Part shown: positions 1 to 9,425 of the stretch, in pieces
How positions within the stretch are numbered: the stretch's first letter is position 1
How the letters are laid out: each line of letters starts with the position of its first letter
Assembly: GCA_046348855.1 (NCBI GenBank)
Contig: JAXMDK010000016.1
Coordinates: 36,721 to 100,720 of the forward strand
Length of the DNA: 64,000 bases
Direction: 5' to 3'
Origin: Paracoccaceae bacterium
GTDB taxonomy: Bacteria > Pseudomonadota > Alphaproteobacteria > Rhodobacterales > Rhodobacteraceae
Translations under genes and position numbers: made by a program
The notes under the pieces: model-generated
Database searches by the model: none
Told to the model about the DNA's origin: nothing
The model's input: the letters and a program-made list of their open reading frames with translations, nothing else

Positions 1-1014
1 ACCAAAAGCGCCGTCAAGATAGATGCCAGGTTCGATCGAAAAGACATTGCCGGGCGCCAGCGCACGGTCGGAGACGCCGGTGATATAGGGCTCCTCGTGC
101 AGCTCGATCCCCAGCCCGTGGCCGGTCCGGTGCAGGAACCGCTCGCCATATCCGGCTTCGGTGATGACCTCGCGCGCCGCCTCGTCGACCTTGCGGGCGG
201 CAACGCCGGGGCGAGAGGCGGCGATGGCCGCCTGCACCGCTTCGTCGACGATCCGCGTCACCTTCAGGAAATCGGCGGTGGGCGTGCCGAACCAGCCCAC
301 TCGGGTCATGTCGGACGGATAGCCCATGTGGCGCGCGCCGGCGTCGATCAGGACGGCGCTATTGGCAGCCAGCCGCGACGGCCCGGTGTGGTGGTGGCAG
401 AAGGCCCCGTTCGGGCCGAAGCAGACCGAGATGAACTCGGTCGCGGCGCCCTGGGCCTCGTAGCTGGCGGCGATGGCGTCGGCGACCTCCAGCTCGGTGA
501 TCCCCTCGCGCAACGCGGCAAAGCCGGCGGCGACGGCGCGGTCGTTGACCAGCGCGCTGGCCTTCAGCGCCCGGTATTCGGCCTCGTCCTTTTCGGCGCG
601 CAGCAGGCTAACGGTGCGGTCGGTGAAGCTGCGCCGCGCGCCGGGCAGCGCGTCCAGCACCCGCAGCGCGAAATCGGCGCGCATGGCTTCGTCCAGCGAC
701 AGGCTGACGTGGGCGGGGTCGATGCCGCAGCGGGCGATCAGCCCGGCCATCGCCTCGGCCGGGCCCTCGTCGTCGCGCCAGGTGTGGAAGGGCAGGTCGG
801 TGTGCTGGCGCACGCTCAGCGCGTTCAGCTGCGGAATCAGGAGCCCCGCGTAGCTTTGGCTGACGAACAGCAGCACCGGCCGTTCGTCGCCGTGCGGGTC
901 GAGCCCGGTCAGCCAGCGCAGGTGCGAGGTCGGCCCCAGCACCGTCAGGTCGGTCGCGGTTTCGGCCATCTGCCGGCGCAGCCGCGCCATCCGGTCCTTG
1001 GTCATATCGGTCAT
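1..1014 (-). CDS. Xaa-Pro peptidase family (M24) protein, 3' end runs off the window
   Basis: Not in the ORF track because it is open at the edge. Manual translation from ATG 1014 gives MTDMTKDRMARLRRQM... and ends ...GHGLGIELHEEPYI...VFSIEPGIYLDGAFG (M24 metal-binding motifs). ATGA overlap with the upstream regulator. Confidence 0.9.
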   Translation of the reverse strand, partial: MTDMTKDRMARLRRQMAETATDLTVLGPTSHLRWLTGLDPHGDERPVLLFVSQSYAGLLIPQLNALSVRQHTDLPFHTWRDDEGPAEAMAGLIARCGIDPAHVSLSLDEAMRADFALRVLDALPGARRSFTDRTVSLLRAEKDEAEYRALKASALVNDRAVAAGFAALREGITELEVADAIAASYEAQGAATEFISVCFGPNGAFCHHHTGPSRLAANSAVLIDAGARHMGYPSDMTRVGWFGTPTADFLKVTRIVDEAVQAAIAASRPGVAARKVDEAAREVITEAGYGERFLHRTGHGLGIELHEEPYITGVSDRALAPGNVFSIEPGIYLDGAFG

Positions 1015-1655
1015 TGCTTTTCCCGGCTTGTGGCCGGCGCCGCGCCGGTTTCGGCGCGCAGCGGCGGCGAAAAGGCGGCAGCGCCGGGTGTGTGGAACAG
1101 CGTCAGGGTTCCGGCCCACAGGATGCGGGTCGGCCGGTCGCTGGCGTTGAAATAGGAATGCGGGCTGGTGCCGCGATAATGCAGGCTGTCGCCCTCGGTC
1201 AGGTAGAAGGAGGTGCCATCGACCACCTGGGTGATCGAGCCGTCCAGCACATAGATGATTTCCTCGCCCTCGTGGCTGACCGTTTCCGAATGGAACCCGG
1301 CCGGGACATGCATGATGAAGCACGACAGTTCGTTGCCGGGAAACTCGGCCCCCAGCCGTTCGTATTCGATTGACGAACCATTGACCGCAAACCGCATCCG
1401 GCCGGCTGCCCGGGTGACGGAATCGGCGGCGCGCGGCGTGACGATGAAATAGTCGATGCCGACGCCCAGCGCCTTCGCCACCTGCGCCAGCGTTCCCAGC
1501 GTGGGGGTGGCATTGTCGCGTTCCAGCTGGCTGAGATAGCTGTAGGAGACCCCGGACCGTTCGCCCAGTTGCTGAAGCGTCAGGTGCAACTGCCTCCGCC
1601 GCTTGCGGATCAGCACCCCGATCTTCTGGCCGGCGTTGCCCTGCGGCGCGATCAT
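1011..1655 (-). CDS. XRE-family HTH regulator with C-terminal cupin
   Basis: LTLQQLGERSGVSYSYLSQLER HTH; cupin HEGEE...GDSLHY...PH. Confidence 0.9.
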   Translation of the reverse strand: MIAPQGNAGQKIGVLIRKRRRQLHLTLQQLGERSGVSYSYLSQLERDNATPTLGTLAQVAKALGVGIDYFIVTPRAADSVTRAAGRMRFAVNGSSIEYERLGAEFPGNELSCFIMHVPAGFHSETVSHEGEEIIYVLDGSITQVVDGTSFYLTEGDSLHYRGTSPHSYFNASDRPTRILWAGTLTLFHTPGAAAFSPPLRAETGAAPATSREKQ

Positions 1656-1698
1656 CGGCGACTCGTTCCCCCCGGAAAGCCTGACCCTGACCTACACA

Positions 1699-1732
1699 AC
1701 AAAAAATTTTTGTAAAACAGAAAAATTTTATT
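1699..1732. promoter_or_regulatory. AT-rich palindrome, candidate operator/promoter of the XRE-cupin/peptidase unit
   Basis: ACAAAAA-A-TTTTTGT at 1699-1713 and a similar AGAAAAATTTTATT at 1719-1732, in a ~70% GC background. Confidence 0.4.
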
Positions 1733-2901
1733 CATGCAGGGGAGAACAGCCCGGCCAGCGCCTCGCACAGCCGGTCCATTTCGGCGGGCGCATTGTAGCC
1801 CTGCACCGACAGGCGGGCGAAGGACCGTCCCGACCAGCGGGGAAAGGGCATTTCGATGGCCCGCTCGCGCAACAGCCGGTCGCGCATCGCCAAAGGCTCG
1901 CAATCGGGCACCGGCATCGACACCATCTGCGGCGCGCAGAACTCGGGCGCGGCGATGGGCGGCAGGCCGGTCAGCCCCGCCACCCGCGCCGCCGTCGCCT
2001 GCGCCAGCGCCGTGCAGCGGCCGATCACCCCCGGCCAATCCTGCGCCCGCCGGAACTCCAGCGCCGCCGGAACCGCCAGGAAGGCCGCATGGTCGCGGGT
2101 GCCCTGGAACTGGAACGCATCCTGAAAGGCGCTGTGGCCGAAGGGGCCGGGCGAGGCGCCCCCGGCGGTCCAGCCGTGGCTGATGACCGCGGGGCTGAGT
2201 AGCCCCTGCACCGCGCGGCGGGCATGCAGAAAGGCCGACCCTTTCGGCGCCATCAGCCATTTGTGGCAGTTGCCGACATAGAAATCGGCGCCCAGCGCCG
2301 GAAGGTCCAGCGCCACCTGCCCCGGCGCATGGGCACCGTCGATCACCGTCCAGATGCCGCGCGCCCGGGCGGCGGCAATGGCCGGCGCGATGGGAAACAG
2401 AAGCGCGGTCGGCGAGGTGATGTGGCTCAGGAACAGGACCCTGGTGCGGGGGGTAAACCCCGCCAGAATCGTCTCTGTAAAGGCCTTTTCCGAGGTCAGC
2501 GGCAAGGGAACCGTCACCGTCCGCACCACTGCACCAGTCCGCGCCGCAACGAAGGCCCAGGTCTTTTCCAGCGCCGCATATTCATGGTCGGTGGTCAGGA
2601 CCTCGTCGCCCGCCGCCAAGGGCAGCGACCGCGCCACGACGTTCAGCCCGGCGGTGGCGTTGACGACCGGCGCCAGATCGTCGGGGTCGGCGCGCAGTTC
2701 GGCAGCCAGCGCCGCCCGCGCCTCGGCCAGAACCACCGCCAGATGGCGGGGGTCCATGAACGCCACCGGCTGGCGTTCCAGCCGCGCCTGCCAGTCCTGA
2801 TAGGCGGCAAAGACCGGGCGCGGGCAGGCGCCGTAGGTGCCGTGGGTCAGGAAGGTCACATCGGGGTCAAGCTGGAACAGCCTCTTCAGATCGTCCGCCA
2901 C
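1732..2901 (-). CDS. Class V PLP-dependent enzyme (isopenicillin N epimerase / C-S lyase-like)
   Basis: FLTHGTYGACP, SHITSPT, IDGAHAPG, GNCHKWL (PLP lysine), QGTRD. Confidence 0.85.
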   Translation of the reverse strand: MADDLKRLFQLDPDVTFLTHGTYGACPRPVFAAYQDWQARLERQPVAFMDPRHLAVVLAEARAALAAELRADPDDLAPVVNATAGLNVVARSLPLAAGDEVLTTDHEYAALEKTWAFVAARTGAVVRTVTVPLPLTSEKAFTETILAGFTPRTRVLFLSHITSPTALLFPIAPAIAAARARGIWTVIDGAHAPGQVALDLPALGADFYVGNCHKWLMAPKGSAFLHARRAVQGLLSPAVISHGWTAGGASPGPFGHSAFQDAFQFQGTRDHAAFLAVPAALEFRRAQDWPGVIGRCTALAQATAARVAGLTGLPPIAAPEFCAPQMVSMPVPDCEPLAMRDRLLRERAIEMPFPRWSGRSFARLSVQGYNAPAEMDRLCEALAGLFSPA

Positions 2902-2931
2902 CCCGTCCCCCCGATCCGCCTCGGCCCTGCC

Positions 2932-3969
2932 CTACCGCCAGTCCAGCACGACCTTGCCGGAAAGGCCAGACTTCATCGCCGCGAACCCGTCCTTGAACTC
3001 GTCGACCTTGAAGCGGTGGGTGATGACCTTGCGGATATCCAGCCCGTTGGTCAGCATGGCGATCATCTTGTACCAGGTCTCGAAGATCTCGCGGCCATAG
3101 ACGCCCTTGATGGTGATGGCCTTGAAGACGATGCGGCTCCAGTCCACCGGGCTTTTGCCCGGCGGGATGCCCAGCATGGCGATGCGCCCGCCCATCACCA
3201 TCGCCTCGACCATCTGGTCGAGCGCCGCCTGATTGCCCGACATTTCCATGCCGACGTCGAAGCCCTGCTGCATCTTCAGCCGGGCCTCGACGTCCTTCAG
3301 GTCTTCCTTCGCCACGTTCACCGGCACCAGGTCCGTCACTTGCGCCGCCAGATCGAGCCGCGCCTGATTGACGTCGGTGATGACGATGTGGCGGGCGCCG
3401 ACATGGCGGGCGACGGCGGCGGCCATGATGCCGATCGGCCCGGCGCCGGTGATCAGCACATCCTCGCCCACCAGGTCGAACGACAGGGCGGTATGGACGG
3501 CATTGCCCAGCGGATCCAGGATCGCGCCGATCTCGTCGTCGATCTCGTCGGGCAGCGGCACGACGTTGAAGGCCGGCAGCCGCAGGTACTGGGCGAAGGC
3601 GCCGGGTTCGTTGACGCCGATGCCGCGGGTTTCGGGGTCAAGATGGAACTTGCCCGACCGCGACTGGCGGCTGTGATGGCCGATCAGGTGGCCCTCGCCC
3701 GAACAGCGCTGGCCGACCTTCAGGTCGGTGACGTTGCGGCCCACCTCGACGATCTCGCCGGCGAACTCATGCCCCGTGACCAGCGGCACCGGCACGGTGC
3801 GCGCCGCCCAGTCGTCCCAGTTCCAGATATGGATGTCGGTGCCGCAGATGCCGGTCTTGTTGATGCGGATCAGCACATCGTCGGGGCCGATCTCGGGCAC
3901 CGGGCGGCGCTCCATCCACAGACCGGGTTCGGGTTTGGCCTTCACCAGCGCCTTCATTTCGTTCGACAT
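2932..3969 (-). CDS. tdh: L-threonine 3-dehydrogenase
   Basis: [45 protein letters not shown]; adjacent to kbl. Confidence 0.97.
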   Translation of the reverse strand: MSNEMKALVKAKPEPGLWMERRPVPEIGPDDVLIRINKTGICGTDIHIWNWDDWAARTVPVPLVTGHEFAGEIVEVGRNVTDLKVGQRCSGEGHLIGHHSRQSRSGKFHLDPETRGIGVNEPGAFAQYLRLPAFNVVPLPDEIDDEIGAILDPLGNAVHTALSFDLVGEDVLITGAGPIGIMAAAVARHVGARHIVITDVNQARLDLAAQVTDLVPVNVAKEDLKDVEARLKMQQGFDVGMEMSGNQAALDQMVEAMVMGGRIAMLGIPPGKSPVDWSRIVFKAITIKGVYGREIFETWYKMIAMLTNGLDIRKVITHRFKVDEFKDGFAAMKSGLSGKVVLDWR

Positions 3970-5165
3970 CAGATCGCCCCTACTGCCCTGCCCGCCGCCC
4001 GGAAGGCGTCGATGGCAAAATCAAGATCCTTGCGCGCCAGCCGCGCGTTCATCTGGGTGCGGATGCGGGCCTGGCCCCTCGGCACCACCGGGAAGAAGAA
4101 CCCCGCGACATAGACGCCGCGGTCATAAAGCTCGGCCGCCATGCGCTGCGACAGTTCGGCATCGCCCAGCATCACCGGGATGATCGGATGTTCGCCCGGC
4201 AGCAGGCGGAAACCCGCATCCTCCAGCCCCGCCCGCCAGTAACGGGCATTGTCGAAAAGCTGCGCGCGCAGATCGTCAGCCACCTCGACCAGATCGAGCG
4301 CCGCCAGCCCGGCGGCGACCACCGGCGGCGGCAGCGCATTGGAAAACAGGTAGGGCCGCGCCCGCTGGCGCAGCAGGTCGATCACCGGCTGCGGCCCGGC
4401 GATATAGCCGCCCAGCGCCCCGCCCAGCGCCTTGCCCAGCGTGCCGGTCAGGATGTCGACCCTGTGGGCGACATGGGCATGATGCGGCGTGCCGCGCCCC
4501 TGCGGGCCGACAAAGCCGGTGGCGTGGCAGTCGTCGACCATCACCATCGCCCCGTACTTGGCGGCCAGCGCGGTGATCTCGCGCAGGTTGGCCAGATAGC
4601 CGTCCATCGAAAAGACGCCATCGGTGGCGATCAGGATGAAGCGGGCGCCCTTGGTCCGCGCCTCGTTCAGCCGCGCCTCAAGGTCGGCCATGTCGGAATT
4701 GGCATAGCGATAGCGCTGCGCCTTGCACAGGCGGATGCCGTCGATGATCGAGGCATGGTTCAGCGCGTCGGAAATCACCGCATCCTCGGGGCCGAGCAGC
4801 GGCTCGAACAGGGCGCCGTTGGCGTCGAAGCAGGCGGCGAACAGGATCGCGTCATCCTTGCCCAGAAAGCGCGCCAGCCGTTCCTCCAGCGCGCGATGGA
4901 TGTCCTGGGTGCCGCAGATGAACCGGACCGAGGCCATGCCGTAGCCGTGATCCTCCATCGCCCTGGTGGCGGCGGCGATCAGTTCGGGGCTGTCGGCCAG
5001 GCCCAGATAGTTGTTGGCGCAAAGGTTCAGCAGATAGCGGCCATTGACCGCGACCTGCTTGCGCTGGGCGGTGGTGATCAGCCGCTCGCGCTTCAGCAGC
5101 CCCTCAGCCTCGATCGCGGCCAGGGTTCCGCGCAGGTGATCGAGAAACGCCACTCTTTCCGACAT
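3969..5165 (-). CDS. kbl: Glycine C-acetyltransferase (2-amino-3-ketobutyrate CoA ligase)
   Basis: [47 protein letters not shown]. Confidence 0.97.
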   Translation of the reverse strand: MSERVAFLDHLRGTLAAIEAEGLLKRERLITTAQRKQVAVNGRYLLNLCANNYLGLADSPELIAAATRAMEDHGYGMASVRFICGTQDIHRALEERLARFLGKDDAILFAACFDANGALFEPLLGPEDAVISDALNHASIIDGIRLCKAQRYRYANSDMADLEARLNEARTKGARFILIATDGVFSMDGYLANLREITALAAKYGAMVMVDDCHATGFVGPQGRGTPHHAHVAHRVDILTGTLGKALGGALGGYIAGPQPVIDLLRQRARPYLFSNALPPPVVAAGLAALDLVEVADDLRAQLFDNARYWRAGLEDAGFRLLPGEHPIIPVMLGDAELSQRMAAELYDRGVYVAGFFFPVVPRGQARIRTQMNARLARKDLDFAIDAFRAAGRAVGAI

Positions 5166-5290
5166 GGCAGATACTCCTCCAGTATGACGGAACTATGCTC
5201 TCGGGTCGGGGTTGTGTCAATATATTGGATATGAATCCGCCACAGCGGAATGAACGGATCGCATCATGCCGGCGCCGCGCGGCGCGGCGG

Positions 5291-5848
5291 TCAACTGTTC
5301 TGCACGATCAGGATCGCCCGCGCCGGGCCATCGGCAGCGATCCGGTGCGGACGGTCGGCGAAATAGCGGGCGGTGTCGCCGGTCGACAGGCGACGCTCTT
5401 CTTCGCCCGACGCGACCGTCACCGCCCCTTCCAGAACCGTCAGATGTTCGCGGCAGCCGGGGCTGTGCGGGTCCGACGCCAGTTCGCCACCTGCCGCGAA
5501 TGACAGCTCGTACACCTCGTGCTCGCCCGCCGCCTCGGCCGGCGACAGGATGCGGATGCGCACCCCCTGGCCGCGCCCGTCGATGGTCGGCGCCGCCTCG
5601 GCGCGGATAACCTCGATCCCCGGCGCGGTCTTGCCTTCCAGCAGCCCGGCGAAATCCACCTGCAGCGCCTGAGTCAGGTTCCACAGCGTCGCCACGGTCG
5701 GGCTGGATTCCCCGCGCTCGATCTGGCTGACCATCGACCGGCTGACGCCCGACAGCTTCGCCACCGCGTCCAGGCTCAGCCCCTTGGACTTGCGCGCCGC
5801 TTTCAGCGAGGCGGCGAGGCGGACATGGATGTCGGGGCGGGGATTCAT
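5291..5848 (-). CDS. XRE-family regulator with cupin, probable kbl-tdh regulator
   Basis: SLDAVAKLSGVSRSMVSQIERGESSPT HTH plus cupin (PHSPGCREHL). Confidence 0.9.
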   Translation of the reverse strand: MNPRPDIHVRLAASLKAARKSKGLSLDAVAKLSGVSRSMVSQIERGESSPTVATLWNLTQALQVDFAGLLEGKTAPGIEVIRAEAAPTIDGRGQGVRIRILSPAEAAGEHEVYELSFAAGGELASDPHSPGCREHLTVLEGAVTVASGEEERRLSTGDTARYFADRPHRIAADGPARAILIVQNS

Positions 5849-5882
5849 GATGCAATCAGAGTGAGGCCGCCCGCGTCGCTCG

Positions 5883-6800
5883 TCAACCGGGCAGGTTGGC
5901 GGTGCCGTCGGGATCGGCGGCCTGATCGACCAGCCAGGCGCGGAAGGCCTGCAGCGGCGGATACCATTCGCCGACCTTGGGCCAGACCAGGAAATAGCTG
6001 CCCTCGGCCAGCGTCGGCCGGCCCCAGGCGGCGACCAGCCGCCCGTCGGCCAGTTCCGACTGGGCCAGGAACTCCGGCAACAGCGCCACCCCCATGCCGT
6101 AGATCGCCGACTGGATCATGGTGGCGAACTGGTCGAACAGCATCCCCGTGGGCGGCCGCGCCTCGACCCCGTGCTGGCGGAACCAGCTGGCCCAGGCGGT
6201 CGGGCGGGTCTCCAGCTGCAGAAGCGGCAGGTCCAGCAGGCTTTCGGGGCCGCCGACCGGATGCGCCTCCAGGAACTGCGGCGCGCAGCAGGCCACCAGC
6301 CGTTCGTCGAACAGTTTCTGGAACCCGGCATTCGGCCAGGTCGCCGCGCCGAAATGGATGGCGGCGTCGAAGCCCTCCTCCTCGAAGTCGAAGGGCCGGA
6401 CCCTTGTGCCCAGGTTGATCGTCACGCCGGGATGGGCGGCCAGGAACCGCGGCAGGCGCGGCGCCAGCCAGCGGGTGCCGAAGGTCGGCAGGATCGCCAG
6501 CGAAAGCGTGCCGCCCCCGGTGTTCGACCGCACCCGCATCGACCCGCGCGAGATCAGGTCCAGCGCCTTGACCACATCGCGGGCATAGGCCATCGCCGCA
6601 TCGGTCGGCACCAGCCGGCGGCCTTCGCGCAGGAACAGCGCCACCCCCAGCTGCGCCTCGAGATTCTGGATCAGCCGGCTGACCGCACCCTGCGTCAGGT
6701 CCAGGTCGCGCGCCGCGGCCAGGGTCGACCCGGTGCGGCAGACCGATTCGAAGGCCTGCAGCAGGCTGACCGAGGGCAGAAGGCGGCGGGCGACGGCCAT
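5883..6800 (-). CDS. LysR-family regulator (GcvA/GcdR-like), divergent from the lysine/glutaryl-CoA operon
   Basis: LTQGAVSR HTH, PTFGTRWLAPRL, substrate-binding domain; divergent from the gcdH operon. Confidence 0.92.
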   Translation of the reverse strand: MAVARRLLPSVSLLQAFESVCRTGSTLAAARDLDLTQGAVSRLIQNLEAQLGVALFLREGRRLVPTDAAMAYARDVVKALDLISRGSMRVRSNTGGGTLSLAILPTFGTRWLAPRLPRFLAAHPGVTINLGTRVRPFDFEEEGFDAAIHFGAATWPNAGFQKLFDERLVACCAPQFLEAHPVGGPESLLDLPLLQLETRPTAWASWFRQHGVEARPPTGMLFDQFATMIQSAIYGMGVALLPEFLAQSELADGRLVAAWGRPTLAEGSYFLVWPKVGEWYPPLQAFRAWLVDQAADPDGTANLPG

Positions 6801-6897
6801 ATATGCGCTCCATACATATAATATCGCCAGAATAGGGTTATTTTCACGGGGAACAATGGCCTAACCGCATAGCCAACCGAATCTCCGGGGGAAGCCC

Positions 6898-8103
6898 ATG
6901 TCCGATCCGTTCCGCCGCGCCGCCCGCATCGCCACTGTCGAGCTGTCGGAAATCCTGCAGGTGTCCGAAGCCGCCGCCGCGATGAAGAAGGCGGGCCACG
7001 ACGTGATCTCGCTCGGCACCGGCGAGCCCGACTTTCCGACGCCGCCCGCCGTCGTCGACGCCGCCCACCGCGCCGCCCAGGCCGGAGAGACCACCTATAC
7101 CGCCACCGCCGGCACCGCCGCGCTGCGCCAGGCGATTGCGGCGGATTGCGAACGGACCAACGGCTACCGGCCCGAACCCGCCGAAATCATCGTCTGCACC
7201 GGCGCCAAGCAGGTGATCTTCAATGCCATGTTCGCCACGCTGGAACCCGGCGACGAGGTCATCGTCGGCGCGCCCTACTGGACCAGCTATCCCGACATCA
7301 TCGGCGTCTGCGGCGGCAAGCCGGTGATCGTGCCGACCAAGGCCGACAGCGGCTTTGCCATCACCGCCGACCAGTTGCGCGCGGCGATCACCCCCCGCAC
7401 CCGCTGGCTCCTGCTCAATTCGCCCGGCAACCCGTCCGGCGCCGTCTATCACCGGGCGCAGCTTGACGCGCTGGCCGAGGTGCTGCGCGACCATCCCCAT
7501 GTCGGCATCATCGCCGACGAGATCTACCAGCACATCTGCTACGTGCCCTTCGCCTCGTTCCGCATGGTCGCCCCCGACCTCGCCGACCGCACGCTGATCG
7601 TGAACGGCGTGTCGAAAAGCTATGCGATGACCGGCTGGCGGATCGGCTGGGGGATCGCGCCCCGGCGGCTGATCGACGCGATGATCGCCGTCCAGGGACA
7701 GATCACCTCGGGCGCCTCGTCGGTCAGCCAGGCGGCGGCACTGGCGGCGCTGACCGGCGACCAGCAGATGCTGGCCGCGCGCAACGACGATTTCCGCGCC
7801 CGCCGCGACATGGTGCGCGACGCGCTGAACGCCACCGGCGTGATTCGCTGCGGGTCGGCCGACGGGGCCTTCTACCTGTTCCCCGACTGCACGCAGACCT
7901 TCGGCAAGACCGCGCCGGACGGAACAAGGATCGAAAAGGATGCCGACTTCTGCGCCGCCCTGCTAAGGTCCGAAGGTGTCGCGCTGGTTCCCGGCCGCGC
8001 CTTCGGCGTGCCCGGCCATTTCCGCCTGTCCTACGCCTATTCGCGCGCCTCGCTGACCGAGGCCTGCAAACGCATCGCCCGTTTCTGTCAATCGCTCGCC
8101 TGA
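6898..8103 (+). CDS. Class I/II aminotransferase, by context a 2-aminoadipate aminotransferase
   Basis: GEPDFPTP, NSPGNPSG, DEIY, GVSKSYAMTGWRIG. Confidence 0.88.
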   Translation: MSDPFRRAARIATVELSEILQVSEAAAAMKKAGHDVISLGTGEPDFPTPPAVVDAAHRAAQAGETTYTATAGTAALRQAIAADCERTNGYRPEPAEIIVCTGAKQVIFNAMFATLEPGDEVIVGAPYWTSYPDIIGVCGGKPVIVPTKADSGFAITADQLRAAITPRTRWLLLNSPGNPSGAVYHRAQLDALAEVLRDHPHVGIIADEIYQHICYVPFASFRMVAPDLADRTLIVNGVSKSYAMTGWRIGWGIAPRRLIDAMIAVQGQITSGASSVSQAAALAALTGDQQMLAARNDDFRARRDMVRDALNATGVIRCGSADGAFYLFPDCTQTFGKTAPDGTRIEKDADFCAALLRSEGVALVPGRAFGVPGHFRLSYAYSRASLTEACKRIARFCQSLA

Positions 8104-8112
8104 GGAACCATC

Positions 8113-9321
8113 ATGGCCCTGAAACCGAAAGACGCCCCCGACCTGTCCCGCTTCGACTGGGAAGATGCCTTCCGCCTGAACGACCAGCTGACCGAGGACG
8201 AGCGCATGATGCGCGACGCCGCCCGCGCCTATGCGGCCGAAAAGCTCCAGCCGCGCGTCACCGAGGCCTACCGCGACGAAAAGACCGATCCGGCGATCTT
8301 CCGCGAAATGGGCGCGATGGGCCTTCTCGGCGTCACCGTCCCCGAGGAATACGGCGGGCTGGGCGCCAGCTACGTCGCCTATGGCCTGGTGGCGCGCGAG
8401 GTCGAGCGGGTCGACAGCGGCTACCGCTCGATGATGTCGGTGCAGTCGTCGCTGGTCATGTATCCGATCTATGCCTACGGCTCGGAAGCGCAGCGCAAGA
8501 AATACCTGCCGAAACTCGCCTCGGGCGAATTCATCGGCTGCTTCGGCCTGACCGAACCCGACGCCGGTTCCGACCCCGCCGGCATGAAGACCCGCGCCAC
8601 GAAAACCGCGAGCGGCTATGTGCTGAACGGCTCGAAGATGTGGATCTCGAACGCGCCGATCGCCGACGTGTTCGTGGTCTGGGCCAAGTCCGAGGCGCAT
8701 GGCGGCAAGATCCGCGGCTTCGTGCTGGAAAAGGGTATGAAGGGCCTCTCGGCACCGAAGATCGGCGGCAAGCTTTCCTTGCGCGCCTCGATCACCGGCG
8801 AGATCGTGATGAAGGACGTGGAAGTTGGCGAGGACGCGCTTCTGCCGAACGTCGAGGGTCTGAAAGGCCCGTTCGGCTGCCTCAACCGCGCCCGCTACGG
8901 CATTGCCTGGGGGGTGATGGGCGCCGCCGAGGCCTGCTTCCACGCCGCCCGCCAGTATGGGCTCGACCGCAAGCAGTTCAACAAGCCAATCGCCCAGACC
9001 CAGATCTTCCAGCTGAAGCTCGCCAACATGCTGACCGAGATTTCGCTGGGGCTTCAGGCCTCGCTCCGCGTCGGCCGGCTGATGGACGAAGCCAACGCCG
9101 CGCCCGAGATGATCTCGATCATCAAGCGCAACAACTGCGGCAAGGCGCTGGAAATCGCCCGCCACGCCCGCGACATGCACGGCGGCAACGGCATCCAGGA
9201 AGATTTCCAGATCATGCGCCACATGGTCAACCTCGAAACGGTCAACACCTACGAGGGCACCCATGACGTCCATGCCCTGATCCTGGGCCGCGCCATCACC
9301 GGGCTTCAGGCCTTCTTCTGA
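8113..9321 (+). CDS. gcdH: Glutaryl-CoA dehydrogenase
   Basis: [56 protein letters not shown]. Confidence 0.96.
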   Translation: MALKPKDAPDLSRFDWEDAFRLNDQLTEDERMMRDAARAYAAEKLQPRVTEAYRDEKTDPAIFREMGAMGLLGVTVPEEYGGLGASYVAYGLVAREVERVDSGYRSMMSVQSSLVMYPIYAYGSEAQRKKYLPKLASGEFIGCFGLTEPDAGSDPAGMKTRATKTASGYVLNGSKMWISNAPIADVFVVWAKSEAHGGKIRGFVLEKGMKGLSAPKIGGKLSLRASITGEIVMKDVEVGEDALLPNVEGLKGPFGCLNRARYGIAWGVMGAAEACFHAARQYGLDRKQFNKPIAQTQIFQLKLANMLTEISLGLQASLRVGRLMDEANAAPEMISIIKRNNCGKALEIARHARDMHGGNGIQEDFQIMRHMVNLETVNTYEGTHDVHALILGRAITGLQAFF

Positions 9322-9333
9322 TTTTCCCTTGAA

Positions 9334-9391
9334 AAATACTCCCGCCGGAGGCGCCTGGCCTTGCCGGCGGATGCCTCCGGCGGGAGTATTT
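9334..9391. repeat. 19-bp perfect inverted repeat (REP-like doublet)
   Basis: AAATACTCCCGCCGGAGGC (9334-9352) and GCCTCCGGCGGGAGTATTT (9373-9391). Confidence 0.8.
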
Positions 9392-9425
9392 GCGCAAGGA
9401 AAAGCCGCAACAGAGACGAAAAGAC

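Noticed and set aside
97-1155. 352-aa plus-strand ORF
   Set aside because: Antisense shadow of the M24 peptidase, which the track missed because it runs off the window.
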